Program-made: the position numbers and the translations under genes
The notes under the pieces: generated by a model
Told to the model about the DNA's origin: nothing
Seen by the model: the letters and a program-made list of their open reading frames with translations, nothing else
Database searches by the model: none
Source of the DNA: a bacterium
GTDB lineage: Bacteria; SAR324; NAC60-12
NCBI GenBank assembly: GCA_965209155.1
Contig: OZ242383.1
Coordinates: 2,496,001-2,560,000 of the forward strand
Direction: 5' to 3'
Length of the DNA stretch: 64,000 bases
Shown: positions 9,642 through 22,493 of the stretch, piece by piece
Layout: the number at the start of each line of letters is the position of its first letter
How positions within the stretch are numbered: the stretch's first letter is position 1

Positions 9642-10076
9642 ATGAATAAAAAACGATCGTGCCTGGATTGCGGCATTGATTTAAGTAAAGAACACCCCAC
9701 TCGCAAACGTTGCGTACCATGCGCGAATGAGCGGAGAAAAGCTTGCTATTGGGAACGTTACCATAACGAAATCAAAGTAAAGCGGGTACGGCTATGCCTG
9801 GGTTGTGGCATCGATATCAGCCAGACACACGGGAAAACCCGGCGGTGCAAAGCGTGTCATGCGGAACACGTGAAAGAGTATAACCGGAATTATCATATCA
9901 ACAACATAGAACGAGTCAAACAGCGTCGAGAAAAGAATCGAGAAAAAATCCGTGCAAAGGCGAAGGAATACTATCACCAAAACAAGGAAGCGATCAATGC
10001 CTATCGTAATGAATATTATCGCAAGCGACGAGCGGCACGACGAGCGGCACGACAAATAGAGTCAAAAGTGGCATGA
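9642..10076 (+). CDS. Basic hypothetical protein with two CxxC...CxxC(H) zinc-finger-like repeats
   Basis: CLDCG..CVPC and CLGCG..CKACH; strong AAGGAG SD. Confidence 0.6.
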   Translation: MNKKRSCLDCGIDLSKEHPTRKRCVPCANERRKACYWERYHNEIKVKRVRLCLGCGIDISQTHGKTRRCKACHAEHVKEYNRNYHINNIERVKQRREKNREKIRAKAKEYYHQNKEAINAYRNEYYRKRRAARRAARQIESKVA

Positions 10077-10170
10077 CGAAAGGCTTGACCTCCTATTATT
10101 GAAGATTTAGGTCGAACACAGGATAAATTAAAAACAAAGCAGGAACCTTTGGAAACATCGAGGAGCACTT

Positions 10171-11031
10171 ATGGTCAAAGAAGGCAAATTGACGGGATTC
10201 GTAGTACGATTGCAGGAGATGGGGATCCTGGAAATACATTTCAACCGGCCGGAGGCGTTGAATGCAACGACGGTTGCGTTGAAAAGGGATTTGATGGAAA
10301 CCCTGCTTCAAGCGCAAATGGATCACCGGGTGAGGGTGGTGGTATTTACTTCAAAAGGGCGCGCTTTCATTGCAGGAGATGATCTCAAGCATTACTTCAC
10401 CGACAAGCCCGCTCCAGACAGCCCCATGGCAGAGCTTCCGGCATTGCATGATAATCCCATCGGGACTTATGAAGGGTTGCGCAACGTTTCACAGGCTTTG
10501 AATGCCGCCATTCGGAAGTTGGACAAGCTTACGATTTGCGCGATCAATGGATATGCCATCCAGACCGGACTGTCTTTGGCTTTATGTTGTGATTTTCGCA
10601 TCGCTTCTCCGGATGCGAAATTGGGAAGCGCCACGCTCCGTTATGCGCTTTTGCCCGATGAAGGAGGACATTACTTACTGGTTCATACCTTGGGGGTTGC
10701 CAAAACCATGGATTTTTTAATGCGCAAACGAATCGTCAATGCCAAGGAAGCGCTCGATCTGGGTTTGGTTCATGAAATCGTACCTTCCCGGTTGCTGAAA
10801 GAAAGAACCATGGAATTGGCGAGAGAGTTGGCTGAGGGACCGCAGGTGGCCATGCGTTTGCTGAAACGAGCCGTCTACAATGCTGCGGAGCAAAGCTTTG
10901 AACAAGCTTGTGAAGACATTGCGGCAAAAACCGGATTGGTAGACCACCATCCGGATGCGAGAGATGGACAAAGAGCTTTCGTAGAAAAACGCAAACCCCG
11001 ATTCAATGAATGGCTTCAAGAATATTTGTGA
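10171..11031 (+). CDS. Enoyl-CoA hydratase/isomerase family protein
   Basis: FNRPEALNA, AFIAGDDL, AINGYAI, LALCCDFRIA and AFVEKRKPRF motifs. Confidence 0.9.
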   Translation: MVKEGKLTGFVVRLQEMGILEIHFNRPEALNATTVALKRDLMETLLQAQMDHRVRVVVFTSKGRAFIAGDDLKHYFTDKPAPDSPMAELPALHDNPIGTYEGLRNVSQALNAAIRKLDKLTICAINGYAIQTGLSLALCCDFRIASPDAKLGSATLRYALLPDEGGHYLLVHTLGVAKTMDFLMRKRIVNAKEALDLGLVHEIVPSRLLKERTMELARELAEGPQVAMRLLKRAVYNAAEQSFEQACEDIAAKTGLVDHHPDARDGQRAFVEKRKPRFNEWLQEYL

Positions 11032-11112
11032 TACAATTCCTTTCTCGCTTTTTAAAATCGAGCGGGAACCTTCAGTTCCTTCGAGTTTCCCCGACACGCT
11101 GGAGAAATCGTA

Positions 11113-12633
11113 ATGCCCAAAACCCGAGGCTTGATTGCTGCCGGCCATTCGGCCACGGCGGAAGCGGCCGCTTCCATTATGCGAGAAGGCGGCAATGCTT
11201 TTGATGCGGCCGTCGCCGCGTACCTCACCAGTTTTATTTCAGAACCCTGTATGAATTCTGCGGGAGGTGGCGCATTCGTGGTGACGTATACCGAGAACGG
11301 AAGCGCCTCGGTATACGATTTTTTCGTGCAAACTCCCAAACACAAACGTCCGCGCGAGGAAATTCAGTTTTTTCCGGTAGAAATCAATTACGGCGCTACC
11401 TCGGACGTCTTCCATGTGGGGATGGGTTCTGCCGGGGTGCCGGGTGCCATCGCAGGGATTTTCCAAATGCACGCGGACCTGTGCAAGCTTCCCATGAGAG
11501 TCCTGGCAGAACCGGCCATCCACCTGGCGCGTCACGGAGTGGAAGTGAACCAGTTCCAACACTATATCTTTCGCTTGATCGAACCGATACTGGCAATGAA
11601 TAAAAAAGTTTCCCAGGTCTTCTGGCAGGATGGGAGACTGATCCGTGAAGGGGAACTGATGTTCATGCCTGATTTAGCGGACTGCCTGGACTACCTCGCT
11701 CGCGAAGGCGCCGATGCTTTTTATAAAGGCGAGATTGCCAGGAAACTGGTCCTGCTCAGTGAAGCAAGAGGAGGTCATCTCACCGCCCAGGACCTGGAAG
11801 ATTACCAGGTTCATGTCCATCCCCCTTTACGCTTTCCCTACAGGGACCGCACGGTGATCACCAATCCTCTCCCGAGTTTGGGGGGGACTCTGATGGCCCT
11901 GCTGTTCGCCATGCTGGAAGCCAAAGGTCCTGTCGATTATCCTCCCATGAGCCGAACTCATGTGGAACGGTTGACCGACGTCTATTGCAGTACGAATCAA
12001 ATTGCGAAAACGGCTCGAAGCCTTCTCGGATCCCTGGCGCAGTGGTACCCCGGTCAGCACTTTACGACACCGAGTTCTACCCTGAAGGTGGGAGGAACCA
12101 GCCACCTGAACATTCTCGATGAAAATGGCAATGCCGCCGCTTTTTCCTTCTCTATTGGTGAAAGCTGTGGTCATTTTATTCCCAAAACGGGAATCCTGAT
12201 GAACAACATGCTGGGAGAATCAGCGCTTTTGCCGAACGGTCTTCACTCTTGGGAGGAAGACGTGCGTCTGGGTTCCATGATGTCACCGACCATTTTGCTG
12301 GGTAAAGGAAACCGCGCGGAATTGGTACTGGGAAGTGGTGGGTCCGGACGAATTCCGTTCATGATTGCGCAAGTGATCCATAACGTCGTCGATCATGGAA
12401 TGGACATTGAAGATGCCATCAAAGCCCCACGGCTTCACTGTGAAGAAGGACTCTGCAGTCTGGAGCCTGGTTTGCCAAGCGATTTTCAAATGCCCTCCTT
12501 CCTGCGTGAATTGATTTTTTGGGACAAACCCTCCTTTTTTTTGGGCGGCGTGCACGGGATCTGCTGCCAGAACCACAAGATGCGAGCGGAAGGAGACCGG
12601 CGCCGGGATGGAGTGATGGTTGAAGTCTTCTGA
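11113..12633 (+). CDS. ggt: Gamma-glutamyltransferase family protein
   Basis: GGNAFDAAVA, TSH autocleavage nucleophile, MNNML, SMMSPT and GSGGS motifs. Confidence 0.85.
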   Translation: MPKTRGLIAAGHSATAEAAASIMREGGNAFDAAVAAYLTSFISEPCMNSAGGGAFVVTYTENGSASVYDFFVQTPKHKRPREEIQFFPVEINYGATSDVFHVGMGSAGVPGAIAGIFQMHADLCKLPMRVLAEPAIHLARHGVEVNQFQHYIFRLIEPILAMNKKVSQVFWQDGRLIREGELMFMPDLADCLDYLAREGADAFYKGEIARKLVLLSEARGGHLTAQDLEDYQVHVHPPLRFPYRDRTVITNPLPSLGGTLMALLFAMLEAKGPVDYPPMSRTHVERLTDVYCSTNQIAKTARSLLGSLAQWYPGQHFTTPSSTLKVGGTSHLNILDENGNAAAFSFSIGESCGHFIPKTGILMNNMLGESALLPNGLHSWEEDVRLGSMMSPTILLGKGNRAELVLGSGGSGRIPFMIAQVIHNVVDHGMDIEDAIKAPRLHCEEGLCSLEPGLPSDFQMPSFLRELIFWDKPSFFLGGVHGICCQNHKMRAEGDRRRDGVMVEVF

Positions 12634-12701
12634 CTTTTCGTTCCTGGCGGTCTTGTATTGTCTTGCAGATCTGTTAAAAAGAAGACTTTCAATCATCTTA
12701 A

Positions 12702-13838
<1,137 letters not shown>

Positions 13839-13843
13839 GGAAT

Positions 13844-13934
13844 GGGGTCAGGCTTGAAAGTATGGAAAAATACACGATCATCAATCATCCCTCTCATCAA
13901 AAGTCCTATTTTCCAAACTTTCAAGCCTGACCCC
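13844..13934. mobile_element. GGGGTCAGGCTTG hairpin MITE between convergent frmA and mfd
   Basis: Same TIRs as 5355-5442. Confidence 0.75.
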
Positions 13935-13944
13935 ATTTCACTTG

Positions 13945-16900
13945 TCATTCCTGCGAATGGAGGAACAATTCTTCAAAGCGTTGAAGACCTGCCAGGATGT
14001 GGTTCATCGAGTTGGGGACATTGTACAGAACCAGGGTATTTTCGGGGATAAAGCGGAGCGGGCTTTCCGGCTTTTGTAACCATTCGACCAGTTTTTCCGT
14101 GTCCAGTTTATCCGTTTTCCAAACCTGGACCTTCAATTGATTGTTGCGATGCTCGATGGTCTTGAAGGCGCAGCGTTGCCCCAGCAAACGCACCTGGGTG
14201 CTTTTGAACAAATCGATTAATGGTTCGGGCAAGCGTCCGAAACGATTTTCCGTTTCATCTCTCAACCTCCAGAGCGCTTCTTCATCCCTCACTGCCGCCA
14301 GTTTTTTATACAGACCCAGGCGCTGGCCTGAATTTTGGATAAACGATTCCGGAATATGGCTTGGCGCATCAAAACGCATTCTGATGGCTTCAATCGGAAT
14401 CGTTTCTTCTTGTTTTTCCAGTTTTTTGACGGCGTTGTTGATCATTTGGGTATAAAGTTCCAGTCCCACGCTGGCGATGTGTCCGGATTGCTCGGATCCC
14501 AGCAGGTTGCCGGCTCCCCGCAATTCCAGGTCTCGTGAAGCAATTTTATAGCCGGTACCCAATTCGTTGAATTCTTGTAAAATTTTTAAGCGCTCTTCCG
14601 CGACCTGGCTGAGAATACTGTCTGCCGGCACCAGCAGGTACGCGTAAGCCTGCAAGTTGCTTCGTCCTACTCGGCCACGTAATTGGTAGAGTTGAGACAA
14701 GCCGAACTGGTGGGCGTTGTTGACGATGATCGTGTTGGCCCGGGGAATATCCAGTCCTGATTCGATAATGGTTGTGGAAAGCAAAACCTGATACTCGCCC
14801 TCGATGAAGCGTATCATGATCTTTTCCAATTCGTACTCACTCAACTGCCCGTGGGCGATGGCAATTCCCACATCGGGTAAAATTTGCTTGAGATAGGAAG
14901 CATATTCATAAATGGTTTCTACGCGATTGTGCACGATAAAAACCTGTCCATTTCGCCGGATTTCCCGGCTGACTGCCTCTTGAATGATATGGGCGTTCGA
15001 TTTGACGAATCGTGTACGCACCGCGAGACGGTCCGGGGGCGGCGAATGAATCAGGCTCAAGTCGCGAATGCCGAGCAAGGACATGTACAAAGTACGCGGA
15101 ATAGGAGTGGCGGAGAGGGTCAGCACGTCGATTTCGGCACGGAATTTCTTGATTTTTTCTTTGTGACCCACTCCAAAACGCTGTTCTTCATCAATAATGA
15201 GCAGTCCCAGGTCCTTGAATTTTATGTCGGTAGAGAGCATACGGTGCGTGCCTATCAGGATGTCCACTCTTCCGGAAGCCAGTCGTTTGATAACCTGACG
15301 CTGCTCCGTTGGAGTACGAAAGCGACTGAGCACTTCGATGGTGACCGGCATCCCGTCCATGCGCTTACTGAAGGATACGAAGTGTTGTTGCGCTAAAATC
15401 GTCGTGGGTACCAGCATACCAACCTGTTTGCTGTCGGCCACTGCTTTGAAGGCGGCACGTATGGCAATTTCCGTCTTGCCGAATCCCACGTCACCACAAA
15501 CGAGGCGATCCATTGGATTGGCGCTTTCCATGTCCGTCTTCACTTCCTGGATGACGGTCGACTGGTCCTCGGTTTCTTCAAAAGGGAAGGTCAATTCGAG
15601 TTCGCTCATCAGGTGATTATCCGGAGCATAGCAAAAGCCTTGTTTGGCTTCACGGGCAGCATAAATCGCTACTAATTCCCGGGACAGGTCTTTCACCGCT
15701 TTCGCGACTTTGCGCTTCGTCTTCGTCCATGCTTTTTCTCCCAACTTGTTCAAGCGGGGAGGAGAGCCGTCGGCATTGATGTACTTTTGCACGAGGTGGA
15801 ATCGGTCCACCGGAATGTAGACTTTTTCCTCCCTGGCAAAAGTAAGCACCATGAAGTCGGAATTTTGCTCCCTGACGTTGATTTTTTTTAAGCCCTGGTA
15901 GCGTCCCACGCCGTAGTCCAGGTGAACGACATAGTCCCCTTCCTCCAAATCTTCCAGGTTTCCCATCACCTGTTGGATTTTACTTTGACTAATCCGGCGG
16001 TTGCGAATCTTTTCTCCGAAGATTTCTTCCTCCGTCAGCAATGCGAACTCGATCTTTCCACGATCGTTGACCATGCTGAACCCGCAAGACAAGGGGCCCA
16101 CCAGGATGGAGCTGCCCTCGAGTCGAGGGGGAAATTGGAATCCGTTTTTCAGCCAATCCTGCCAGTAAGAGGCGCTTTCGATTTCCGAAGACGGGCCTTT
16201 TGCTTCTAATTGGAAATCGGCCAGCAGTTCTTTGAATTGATCGGCATGGGTTTGATTTTTAGCCGTGAATACCAGGGTGGCTCCATCCTGCTGCCAGTTT
16301 TTTATTTTCCGGATCGCATGCGCCACCGAAGAATGAGTGTCCTGCCGAGCCATCCCGCCACCCGCGCGAAGGGAATGATTGTCCAGGAAAGAGCAGTTAT
16401 AAAAAGGAGAAACAGGCTGGGTGGACTTGGAGGATTCCGACAAACACAGGGTCATGAATTGCTTGAATGCCAGGGCCACATCCTGTTGATCGAGATACAG
16501 CCATTCCGGAGTCAAGGCAAACTGCTTCTGTTGCCGGCTCAGTTCGTATTCGGTGAGGATTTCATCGTAAATCGCACTGGTTTTTTCCTTGATCTTCCAT
16601 GGTTCGTCCAGCACCAGCAAACTGCGCGGGAGGAAATAGTCGAAAAGCGTGGAAGGCTTGTCATAGAACAAACCAAGCAACGACTCGATTCCCGGAAAAT
16701 ATTGTCTGCGCTGCAGCATTGACCGTGTTTCCTCCGTGACCAGCGACGGATTCTCTCGCTGTACCTGCTCCAGCTTCTCCAACGCATGTCCATGAATCTC
16801 CTCATCGAAAATTAATTCCTGCGCCGGTAAAACGACGACAGATTCCAGGGGTTGTCCTGCAGAAAGTTGAGTTTGTACGTCAAAGCCCCTGATCGTCAAT

Positions 16901-17484
16901 CGCGCATGCGCTTCCCATTCTAAACGAAAAGGAGTTTTATGGTTCAACGGGAACAGGTCTACGATTTCTTCACGCACGCTGTATTCTCCTCGTTCTTCCA
17001 CCACGTCTACCAAGGTATAACCCGCCCCTTGAACCTGCTCTAATAAAAAAGGACGCAGGCAGTTTTGCCCGGAGCGCAATTCAAAGCAGTTTCGTATAAA
17101 CAATGATTGAGGCATCAAGCGCTGCATGAGGCCCATTGGGGTCGTGATCAAAAATCGAACCTGGTTGTCATAGAGGCTCTTCAAGGCTTGAAAACGCTGC
17201 GAAACAATCTCCCGGTGGGGTGAAAAATCGTCATAGGGCAAGGTGTCCCAATGGGGGAAAAAATAAAGTCCGTCCGCTCCCGAGAAAAAAGTAAGGTCTT
17301 CTTGAAGCTGTTCTGCCCTTTCGAAAGAATCGGCAACGACTATGATCGGGGAAGGATGGAAAGGCGGCAATTGGGAGACGAGCAAGGATTTACTCGAACC
17401 CCGTAACCCTCCCAGGTGCAGGTCTTGCTCCCTTTTTGCAAGCTTGCTCGTGATCTTTTTGAGTGCGTCGTTCATTCCTTGCAT
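13945..17484 (-). CDS. mfd: Transcription-repair coupling factor
   Basis: CarD-like domain, [26 protein letters not shown] and [12 protein letters not shown] motifs; 1179 aa. Confidence 0.97.
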   Translation of the reverse strand: MQGMNDALKKITSKLAKREQDLHLGGLRGSSKSLLVSQLPPFHPSPIIVVADSFERAEQLQEDLTFFSGADGLYFFPHWDTLPYDDFSPHREIVSQRFQALKSLYDNQVRFLITTPMGLMQRLMPQSLFIRNCFELRSGQNCLRPFLLEQVQGAGYTLVDVVEERGEYSVREEIVDLFPLNHKTPFRLEWEAHARLTIRGFDVQTQLSAGQPLESVVVLPAQELIFDEEIHGHALEKLEQVQRENPSLVTEETRSMLQRRQYFPGIESLLGLFYDKPSTLFDYFLPRSLLVLDEPWKIKEKTSAIYDEILTEYELSRQQKQFALTPEWLYLDQQDVALAFKQFMTLCLSESSKSTQPVSPFYNCSFLDNHSLRAGGGMARQDTHSSVAHAIRKIKNWQQDGATLVFTAKNQTHADQFKELLADFQLEAKGPSSEIESASYWQDWLKNGFQFPPRLEGSSILVGPLSCGFSMVNDRGKIEFALLTEEEIFGEKIRNRRISQSKIQQVMGNLEDLEEGDYVVHLDYGVGRYQGLKKINVREQNSDFMVLTFAREEKVYIPVDRFHLVQKYINADGSPPRLNKLGEKAWTKTKRKVAKAVKDLSRELVAIYAAREAKQGFCYAPDNHLMSELELTFPFEETEDQSTVIQEVKTDMESANPMDRLVCGDVGFGKTEIAIRAAFKAVADSKQVGMLVPTTILAQQHFVSFSKRMDGMPVTIEVLSRFRTPTEQRQVIKRLASGRVDILIGTHRMLSTDIKFKDLGLLIIDEEQRFGVGHKEKIKKFRAEIDVLTLSATPIPRTLYMSLLGIRDLSLIHSPPPDRLAVRTRFVKSNAHIIQEAVSREIRRNGQVFIVHNRVETIYEYASYLKQILPDVGIAIAHGQLSEYELEKIMIRFIEGEYQVLLSTTIIESGLDIPRANTIIVNNAHQFGLSQLYQLRGRVGRSNLQAYAYLLVPADSILSQVAEERLKILQEFNELGTGYKIASRDLELRGAGNLLGSEQSGHIASVGLELYTQMINNAVKKLEKQEETIPIEAIRMRFDAPSHIPESFIQNSGQRLGLYKKLAAVRDEEALWRLRDETENRFGRLPEPLIDLFKSTQVRLLGQRCAFKTIEHRNNQLKVQVWKTDKLDTEKLVEWLQKPESPLRFIPENTLVLYNVPNSMNHILAGLQRFEELFLHSQE

Positions 17485-17620
17485 GACGAGGTCAACCGTT
17501 CATTCCGTGAAAAGAATTCCTGTGGCATAGAATGCGTCTCGCCCACGATTCGATTCTATGAGGGGGGAGGAGGTTGCTTTGGTATCCATTCCCCGAAGTA
17601 TACCCTTTCCCACTTGAAAA

Positions 17621-17968
17621 TTCAATTCCTGGTCCCCACGAGACCCTGTCTTTGGTAAGGAACGGAACGTCGGTGTGAATCGCTTTACAAAACCTGAGAT
17701 TTGGACTATCCTGTCACCTACGGATTAAGGTTTCATTATGTCCTCGAAAAGGGGTCAGGCTTGAAAGTTTGGAATATTCCACGATCATCAATCATCCCTC
17801 TCAAAAACCGATTTATTCCAAACTTTCAAGCCTGACCCCTTTTTCAATTCCTGGTCCCCACGAGACCCTGTCTTTGGTAAGGAGTGGAACGTCGGTGTGA
17901 ATCGCTTTACAAAACCTGAGATTTGGACTATCCTGTCACCTATGGACTAAGGTTTCATTATGTCCTCG
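17621..17968 (+). repeat. 126-bp direct repeat (17621-17746, 17843-17968), each with a TTTACA-N17-TATCCT promoter-like motif, bracketing a GGGGTCAGG MITE (17751-17839)
   Basis: Direct comparison of the two copies; a few substitutions. Confidence 0.85.
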
Positions 17969-18000
17969 CAAAGTATTTTAATAACTGGTGATACGTGAAC

Positions 18001-18268
18001 AGTCATCACCACCGGCAGAGCCGGTGACTTGAAGAGGCCCCCAGTATGAGGGCAAAACGTGTTCGTCATCGTAAGACGTGCTCGTGCTCGTGAACGAAAA
18101 AGGCTGCCATGTTAGATCATGAAAAACTCGATGTATACCAATGTTCCATCGAATTTTTAGCGTTATCTGTCCAAGTCATCGAAACATTGCCAAAAGGATA
18201 CTCAGCCTTAGTTGACCAACTGAAAAGGGCCTCATGGTCGATTCCTCTCAATATCGCAGAAGGCTGTG
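18001..18268 (+). mobile_element. Four-helix-bundle cassette, copy A (truncated; gene fragment from 18109)
   Basis: Near-identical to copies B/C up to AEGC, then replaced by a MITE. Confidence 0.85.
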
Positions 18269-18272
18269 AAAA

Positions 18273-18361
18273 GGGGTCAGGCTTGAAAGTTTGGAATATT
18301 CCACGAAAATCAATCATCCCTCTCAAAAACCAATTTATTCCAAACTTTCAAGCCTGACCCC
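18273..18361. mobile_element. GGGGTCAGGCTTG hairpin MITE
   Basis: Same TIRs; sits at the breakpoint of cassette copy A. Confidence 0.8.
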
Positions 18362-18396
18362 TTTTTAGAATATCAAATGTTGTCGGATAAGACGAA

Positions 18397-20628
18397 ATGA
18401 GTAATAAAACGCAAATGAGTCAAACTACGGAGATGCCCCTCAGGATAGGGGGACTTTCCAAGCATCAGGCCCGGACCGGGAAAAAAATCAAAGAACCCCT
18501 TTCCCGTCCGGAGACGATTCCGATTCCCAATGACTGGAGCCAGTGCGACCCCGGTGATCTCAGCCACCCTTCTTTGTATATCAACCGGGAATTGAGCTGG
18601 TGCCAGTTCAACCTGAGAGTGTTGGATCAAGCATTCGATGCGAAGCATCCTTTGCTGGAGCGGGTCAAGTTTTTTGCCATCGTCGCAGCCAACCTGGATG
18701 AATTTTTCATGATCCGCATCGCCACCTTGCTGCGGATCATTCGCTCGGGTTTGGAAAATATCACTCCCGACGGGTTGAGCACTACCGAAGCGTTTTGGGC
18801 CATTCATGAAGAAGTCGAAAAAATGATGAGCAAACAGCGGGAATGCTGGAATGCGGTTTTGCGACCCTTGCTGGCAAAAGAAGGCATTGAAATCCTGGAG
18901 CCCTCGGAATACACCCTCGAAATCCGGCAATACCTGGCCAATTACTTCAAAACGGAAATTTTCCCGATTCTCACTCCGCTTGCTTTTGACCCTTCCCATC
19001 CTTTCCCTCACATTTCCAACCTCAGCCTTAATTTTGCAGTGGAAGTCCGTCATAACGAACAGGTCAAATTCGCCCGGGTCAAGATCCCTCCCACCTTTCC
19101 CCGTTTTATCAGGCTGCCTGAGGAATTGAGTCGTAAATCGAAACGAGGCGCGGCTATGGTTCGCTTTGTATTCGTGGAAGACGTGATCAAGATCAACATG
19201 AGTTTCCTGTTCCCCGAAACCCAAGTGGAAGCCATTTACCTGTTCCGGGTGATTCGAGACACGGACATTGAAATCCGGGAAGACGAAGCCTCGGATTTGT
19301 TGGAATCGGTCAGTGAAGGACTGAAACAGATTCGTTATGGCGAGATTTCACGTCTTGAAATCGAAGAACGGATGCCACAACGTATCCTCGAAATCCTCGT
19401 GGAGAATTTCCATGTTCCGGAGAGTGCGATGACACGGGCCCTGGATCGTATGGGCTATGCGGATTGGATGACGTTGATGCGAATCAATCGTCCCCGCCTG
19501 AAAGATTCACTGCTGAAGCCCTTCGTGCTCTTTGATTCGATTGACAGCCCTGACGCGATTTTTGAGCAGATCAAATATGAAGACTATTTTCTGCATCACC
19601 CTTACGATTCATTCAACACGTTGGAAACCTTTTTGAAAGCAGCCGTGGACGATCCGCAGGTCATTGCCATCAAGATGACCCTCTACCGGGTGGATGCGGA
19701 TTCTCCCATTGTGGAATTGTTGACGAAGGCCCGGGAAATCGGAAAACAGGTGGCGGTTTTGGTGGAGTTGAAAGCGCGTTTTGATGAAGAAAGCAACATT
19801 TTGTGGGCTCAACGGATGGAGGCTGCGGGCGTGCACATGGTCTATGGGGTCTTGCGTCTCAAAACCCATTGCAAATTGTGCTTGATTGTTCGGAAGGAAA
19901 GCGAAGGCATCCGACGTTACGTCCACATCGGGACCGGCAATTACAACCAGGTCACCTCGCGCATTTACACGGATTTGGGGATATTTACCGCCCACCGGGG
20001 AATCGTGGAAGACGTCTCCCAAGTCTTCAATTACCTGACCGGTTATTCCAACCAGAAGACTTTCAGAAACTTACTGGTGTCCCCCGTCAGTTTTCGCCCT
20101 GGCATCATCGGCCTCATCGAACGGGAAACGGAGCATGCCCGAGCGGGCAAGACGGCGCACCTCATTTTCAAGATCAACCAGATCACCGATCCGGTGGTCA
20201 TCCAATCCCTTTATAAAGCCTCTCAAGCCGGAGTCCAAGTGGATTTGATCGTCCGGGGGATTTGCTGTTTGCGGCCAGGTATTGCCGGGATCAGCGACAA
20301 CGTTCGCGTCATATCCATCATCGGCCGTTTTTTGGAGCACTCGCGCATTTATTATTTCCACAATAAGCGGAAAGAGGAAATTTATATAGGCAGCGCAGAT
20401 TTGATGGAGCGCAACCTGGACAGACGGGTTGAAGTCGTCACTCCCGTTTACAGCGAAAAAATCAAGAGTTACTTGAAAACCCATGTCCTCGATATCATGC
20501 TGCAGGACAATCAACAGGCCAGTGAACTGCAAATCAACGGCGAATATATTGACGTTTCTCCTTCAAAGACCCCTCCCCTCAGCACTCAAAAATATCTACT
20601 GGATTGGCACGGAAATCGCCTCCATTGA
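18397..20628 (+). CDS. ppk1: Polyphosphate kinase 1 (start could be an internal Met)
   Basis: INRELSW, NLDEFFMIR, HHPYDSF, ELKARFDEE, KTHCK and FLEHSRI motifs. Confidence 0.97.
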   Translation: MSNKTQMSQTTEMPLRIGGLSKHQARTGKKIKEPLSRPETIPIPNDWSQCDPGDLSHPSLYINRELSWCQFNLRVLDQAFDAKHPLLERVKFFAIVAANLDEFFMIRIATLLRIIRSGLENITPDGLSTTEAFWAIHEEVEKMMSKQRECWNAVLRPLLAKEGIEILEPSEYTLEIRQYLANYFKTEIFPILTPLAFDPSHPFPHISNLSLNFAVEVRHNEQVKFARVKIPPTFPRFIRLPEELSRKSKRGAAMVRFVFVEDVIKINMSFLFPETQVEAIYLFRVIRDTDIEIREDEASDLLESVSEGLKQIRYGEISRLEIEERMPQRILEILVENFHVPESAMTRALDRMGYADWMTLMRINRPRLKDSLLKPFVLFDSIDSPDAIFEQIKYEDYFLHHPYDSFNTLETFLKAAVDDPQVIAIKMTLYRVDADSPIVELLTKAREIGKQVAVLVELKARFDEESNILWAQRMEAAGVHMVYGVLRLKTHCKLCLIVRKESEGIRRYVHIGTGNYNQVTSRIYTDLGIFTAHRGIVEDVSQVFNYLTGYSNQKTFRNLLVSPVSFRPGIIGLIERETEHARAGKTAHLIFKINQITDPVVIQSLYKASQAGVQVDLIVRGICCLRPGIAGISDNVRVISIIGRFLEHSRIYYFHNKRKEEIYIGSADLMERNLDRRVEVVTPVYSEKIKSYLKTHVLDIMLQDNQQASELQINGEYIDVSPSKTPPLSTQKYLLDWHGNRLH

Positions 20629-20633
20629 GAAAA

Positions 20634-20722
20634 GGGGTCAGGCTTGAAAGTTTGGAATAAATTGGTTTTTGAGAGGGATGATTGATGATCGTGAAATATT
20701 CCAAACTTTCAAGCCTGACCCC
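20634..20722. mobile_element. GGGGTCAGGCTTG hairpin MITE between convergent ppk1 and frdD (possible bidirectional terminator)
   Basis: TIRs flanked by A and T tracts. Confidence 0.75.
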
Positions 20723-20730
20723 TTTTCTTC

Positions 20731-21078
20731 TTAAACGTTCCAAAGGATCATTGCGGAAACCAAAGATCCGACAATCGCCAATCCATAGCATAAGATCGCA
20801 ATCGGCGCGTTCCAGTCTTTCCATTGCAACCCGTCGATGAGGAGGGAGCGAAAACGGTGGGCCCAATGAATGAGAGAGAGGGAAACAAGCCCGAAGAGAA
20901 ACAATCGCGTCAAGGGATGTTGGACCAGGGCGAATAACTCGGGATATTGGGGAGCTTCCAGCCATCCCAGGGGAAACAGCAGGCCATTCAGGAGCAGCAA
21001 GATGGGAAGAAAGAGCGTGGAAAGTACCCCGCCTGCGCTGAACAGTGACCACCAAAAAGGGTCCATATTTTTTTTCAT
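20731..21078 (-). CDS. frdD: Fumarate reductase membrane anchor subunit D
   Basis: PFWWSLFSAGG, three hydrophobic helices, HWAHRFR; operon position. Confidence 0.9.
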   Translation of the reverse strand: MKKNMDPFWWSLFSAGGVLSTLFLPILLLLNGLLFPLGWLEAPQYPELFALVQHPLTRLFLFGLVSLSLIHWAHRFRSLLIDGLQWKDWNAPIAILCYGLAIVGSLVSAMILWNV

Positions 21079-21095
21079 ATCCGTTCCTCCCCTGT

Positions 21096-21512
21096 TTAAA
21101 TTATGATGAGGATCGAAGCAATGATTGCCGATATGACAATCCAGGCCAGGTAATGCGATGCCGTGATTGCGACATCTGGAATGGTTTTATTGCCCAGACG
21201 CAGGACCAATGTTTTTGGGGCAATACTGAACCACGTGATACTGTGGAAAAGTAAAAACAAAAAAGCAATAAAATGTAAAATAAGGGAAACTGGAGTTTGC
21301 AGCCACTCGAGGAATGCGTCATAGGAATCAGGGCCCCGGGATAGGGCGCTGACCTGAATCAACAGCATGACGGCATAAAAGGCGACAAACACGCTGGTAA
21401 ATTCGCGCAAGATAATTTTGACATACACCCATTTTTTGGTCCACCAGAAAACGGGCATACGCTTACGATAGAGCTTCGGATGAAACTTCGTGTAATCGGG
21501 ATTGTCATTCAT
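21096..21512 (-). CDS. frdC: Fumarate reductase membrane anchor subunit C
   Basis: YRKRMPVFWW, LREFTSV and HSITWF..APK motifs; ATG at 21512 after a GAAGGA SD (the longer ORF runs into a REP). Confidence 0.88.
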   Translation of the reverse strand: MNDNPDYTKFHPKLYRKRMPVFWWTKKWVYVKIILREFTSVFVAFYAVMLLIQVSALSRGPDSYDAFLEWLQTPVSLILHFIAFLFLLFHSITWFSIAPKTLVLRLGNKTIPDVAITASHYLAWIVISAIIASILIII

Positions 21513-21651
21513 TGTGAGATTTCCTTCTATGGGGACGAAGTCCGGGATGATCCGGTATCCAGGGTTCGTGCTGGAATCCGGATTCCTCATTTTTCTGGAT
21601 TCCTGATCAAGCCAGGAATGACACGTTTTTTAACTCCTGGTTCAAGTATTC

Positions 21652-22395
21652 CTATTTATCCATTCCGGGCATCAACAGAGATTTCCACCAATCCTCAGCA
21701 CCGGTGATTTTGTAGCGCTGGATGGCTCCTGCCGGATCGACGTCTTTGGGACAAACGGCAGAACACTCTCCCACTAAAGTGCATTCGAAAATACCATCGT
21801 CTTCCGCGAGCACGGCAAGCCTTTCTTTGTTACCTTCATCCCGGTTGTCATAATTGTAACGTTGGGCCATGGCGATGGCTGCGGGACCGATAAAACCCGG
21901 TTCCAGGCCATAAACCGGACAGGCCGCATAGCAAAGCGTGCAATTGATACACATACTGTATTGCTTGAATTCGGCCAGTTCTGCAGGAGATTGGATATAT
22001 TCCCCCTCCGCCACGGGTTTTTCTTCTTCACGAATAATCCATGGTTTCACTCGTTGCAATTTCTCCATGAAGTCGCTCAATTCCACAACCAGGTCCCGGA
22101 CAACCGGGAAGTGGTCCATCGGAGCGACTCGAATCGGACCCGGTTGATACGCTTCCAGAAAAGTCGCGCAAGTTAAAACGGGCGTGTCGTTCACCATCAT
22201 TCCACAACTACCACAAACTCCCATGCGGCAGGACCAGCGGAAGGATAAAGTGCCATCGAGGTGATCCTTGATGTAGTTCAAGGCATCCAGGATGACCCAA
22301 TCTTTTCGAAGGGGCACTTCATAGCTCTGGTAGACCGGTTCTGTTTCGTTTTCCGGACGGTATCGAAAGACTTCAAGGGTGATATGGGCAGGCAT
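21652..22395 (-). CDS. frdB: Fumarate reductase Fe-S subunit
   Basis: [22 protein letters not shown] and [12 protein letters not shown] motifs. Confidence 0.95.
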   Translation of the reverse strand: MPAHITLEVFRYRPENETEPVYQSYEVPLRKDWVILDALNYIKDHLDGTLSFRWSCRMGVCGSCGMMVNDTPVLTCATFLEAYQPGPIRVAPMDHFPVVRDLVVELSDFMEKLQRVKPWIIREEEKPVAEGEYIQSPAELAEFKQYSMCINCTLCYAACPVYGLEPGFIGPAAIAMAQRYNYDNRDEGNKERLAVLAEDDGIFECTLVGECSAVCPKDVDPAGAIQRYKITGAEDWWKSLLMPGMDK

Positions 22396-22493
22396 AATTC
22401 CTCATCGAGTGATCGAGTCCCTGTATACTGGAGCAGGAACATGGTGAATACTGTTCGTCTCGGGGCAGCATTTGTTCGAGAGCGTGGGAACCT

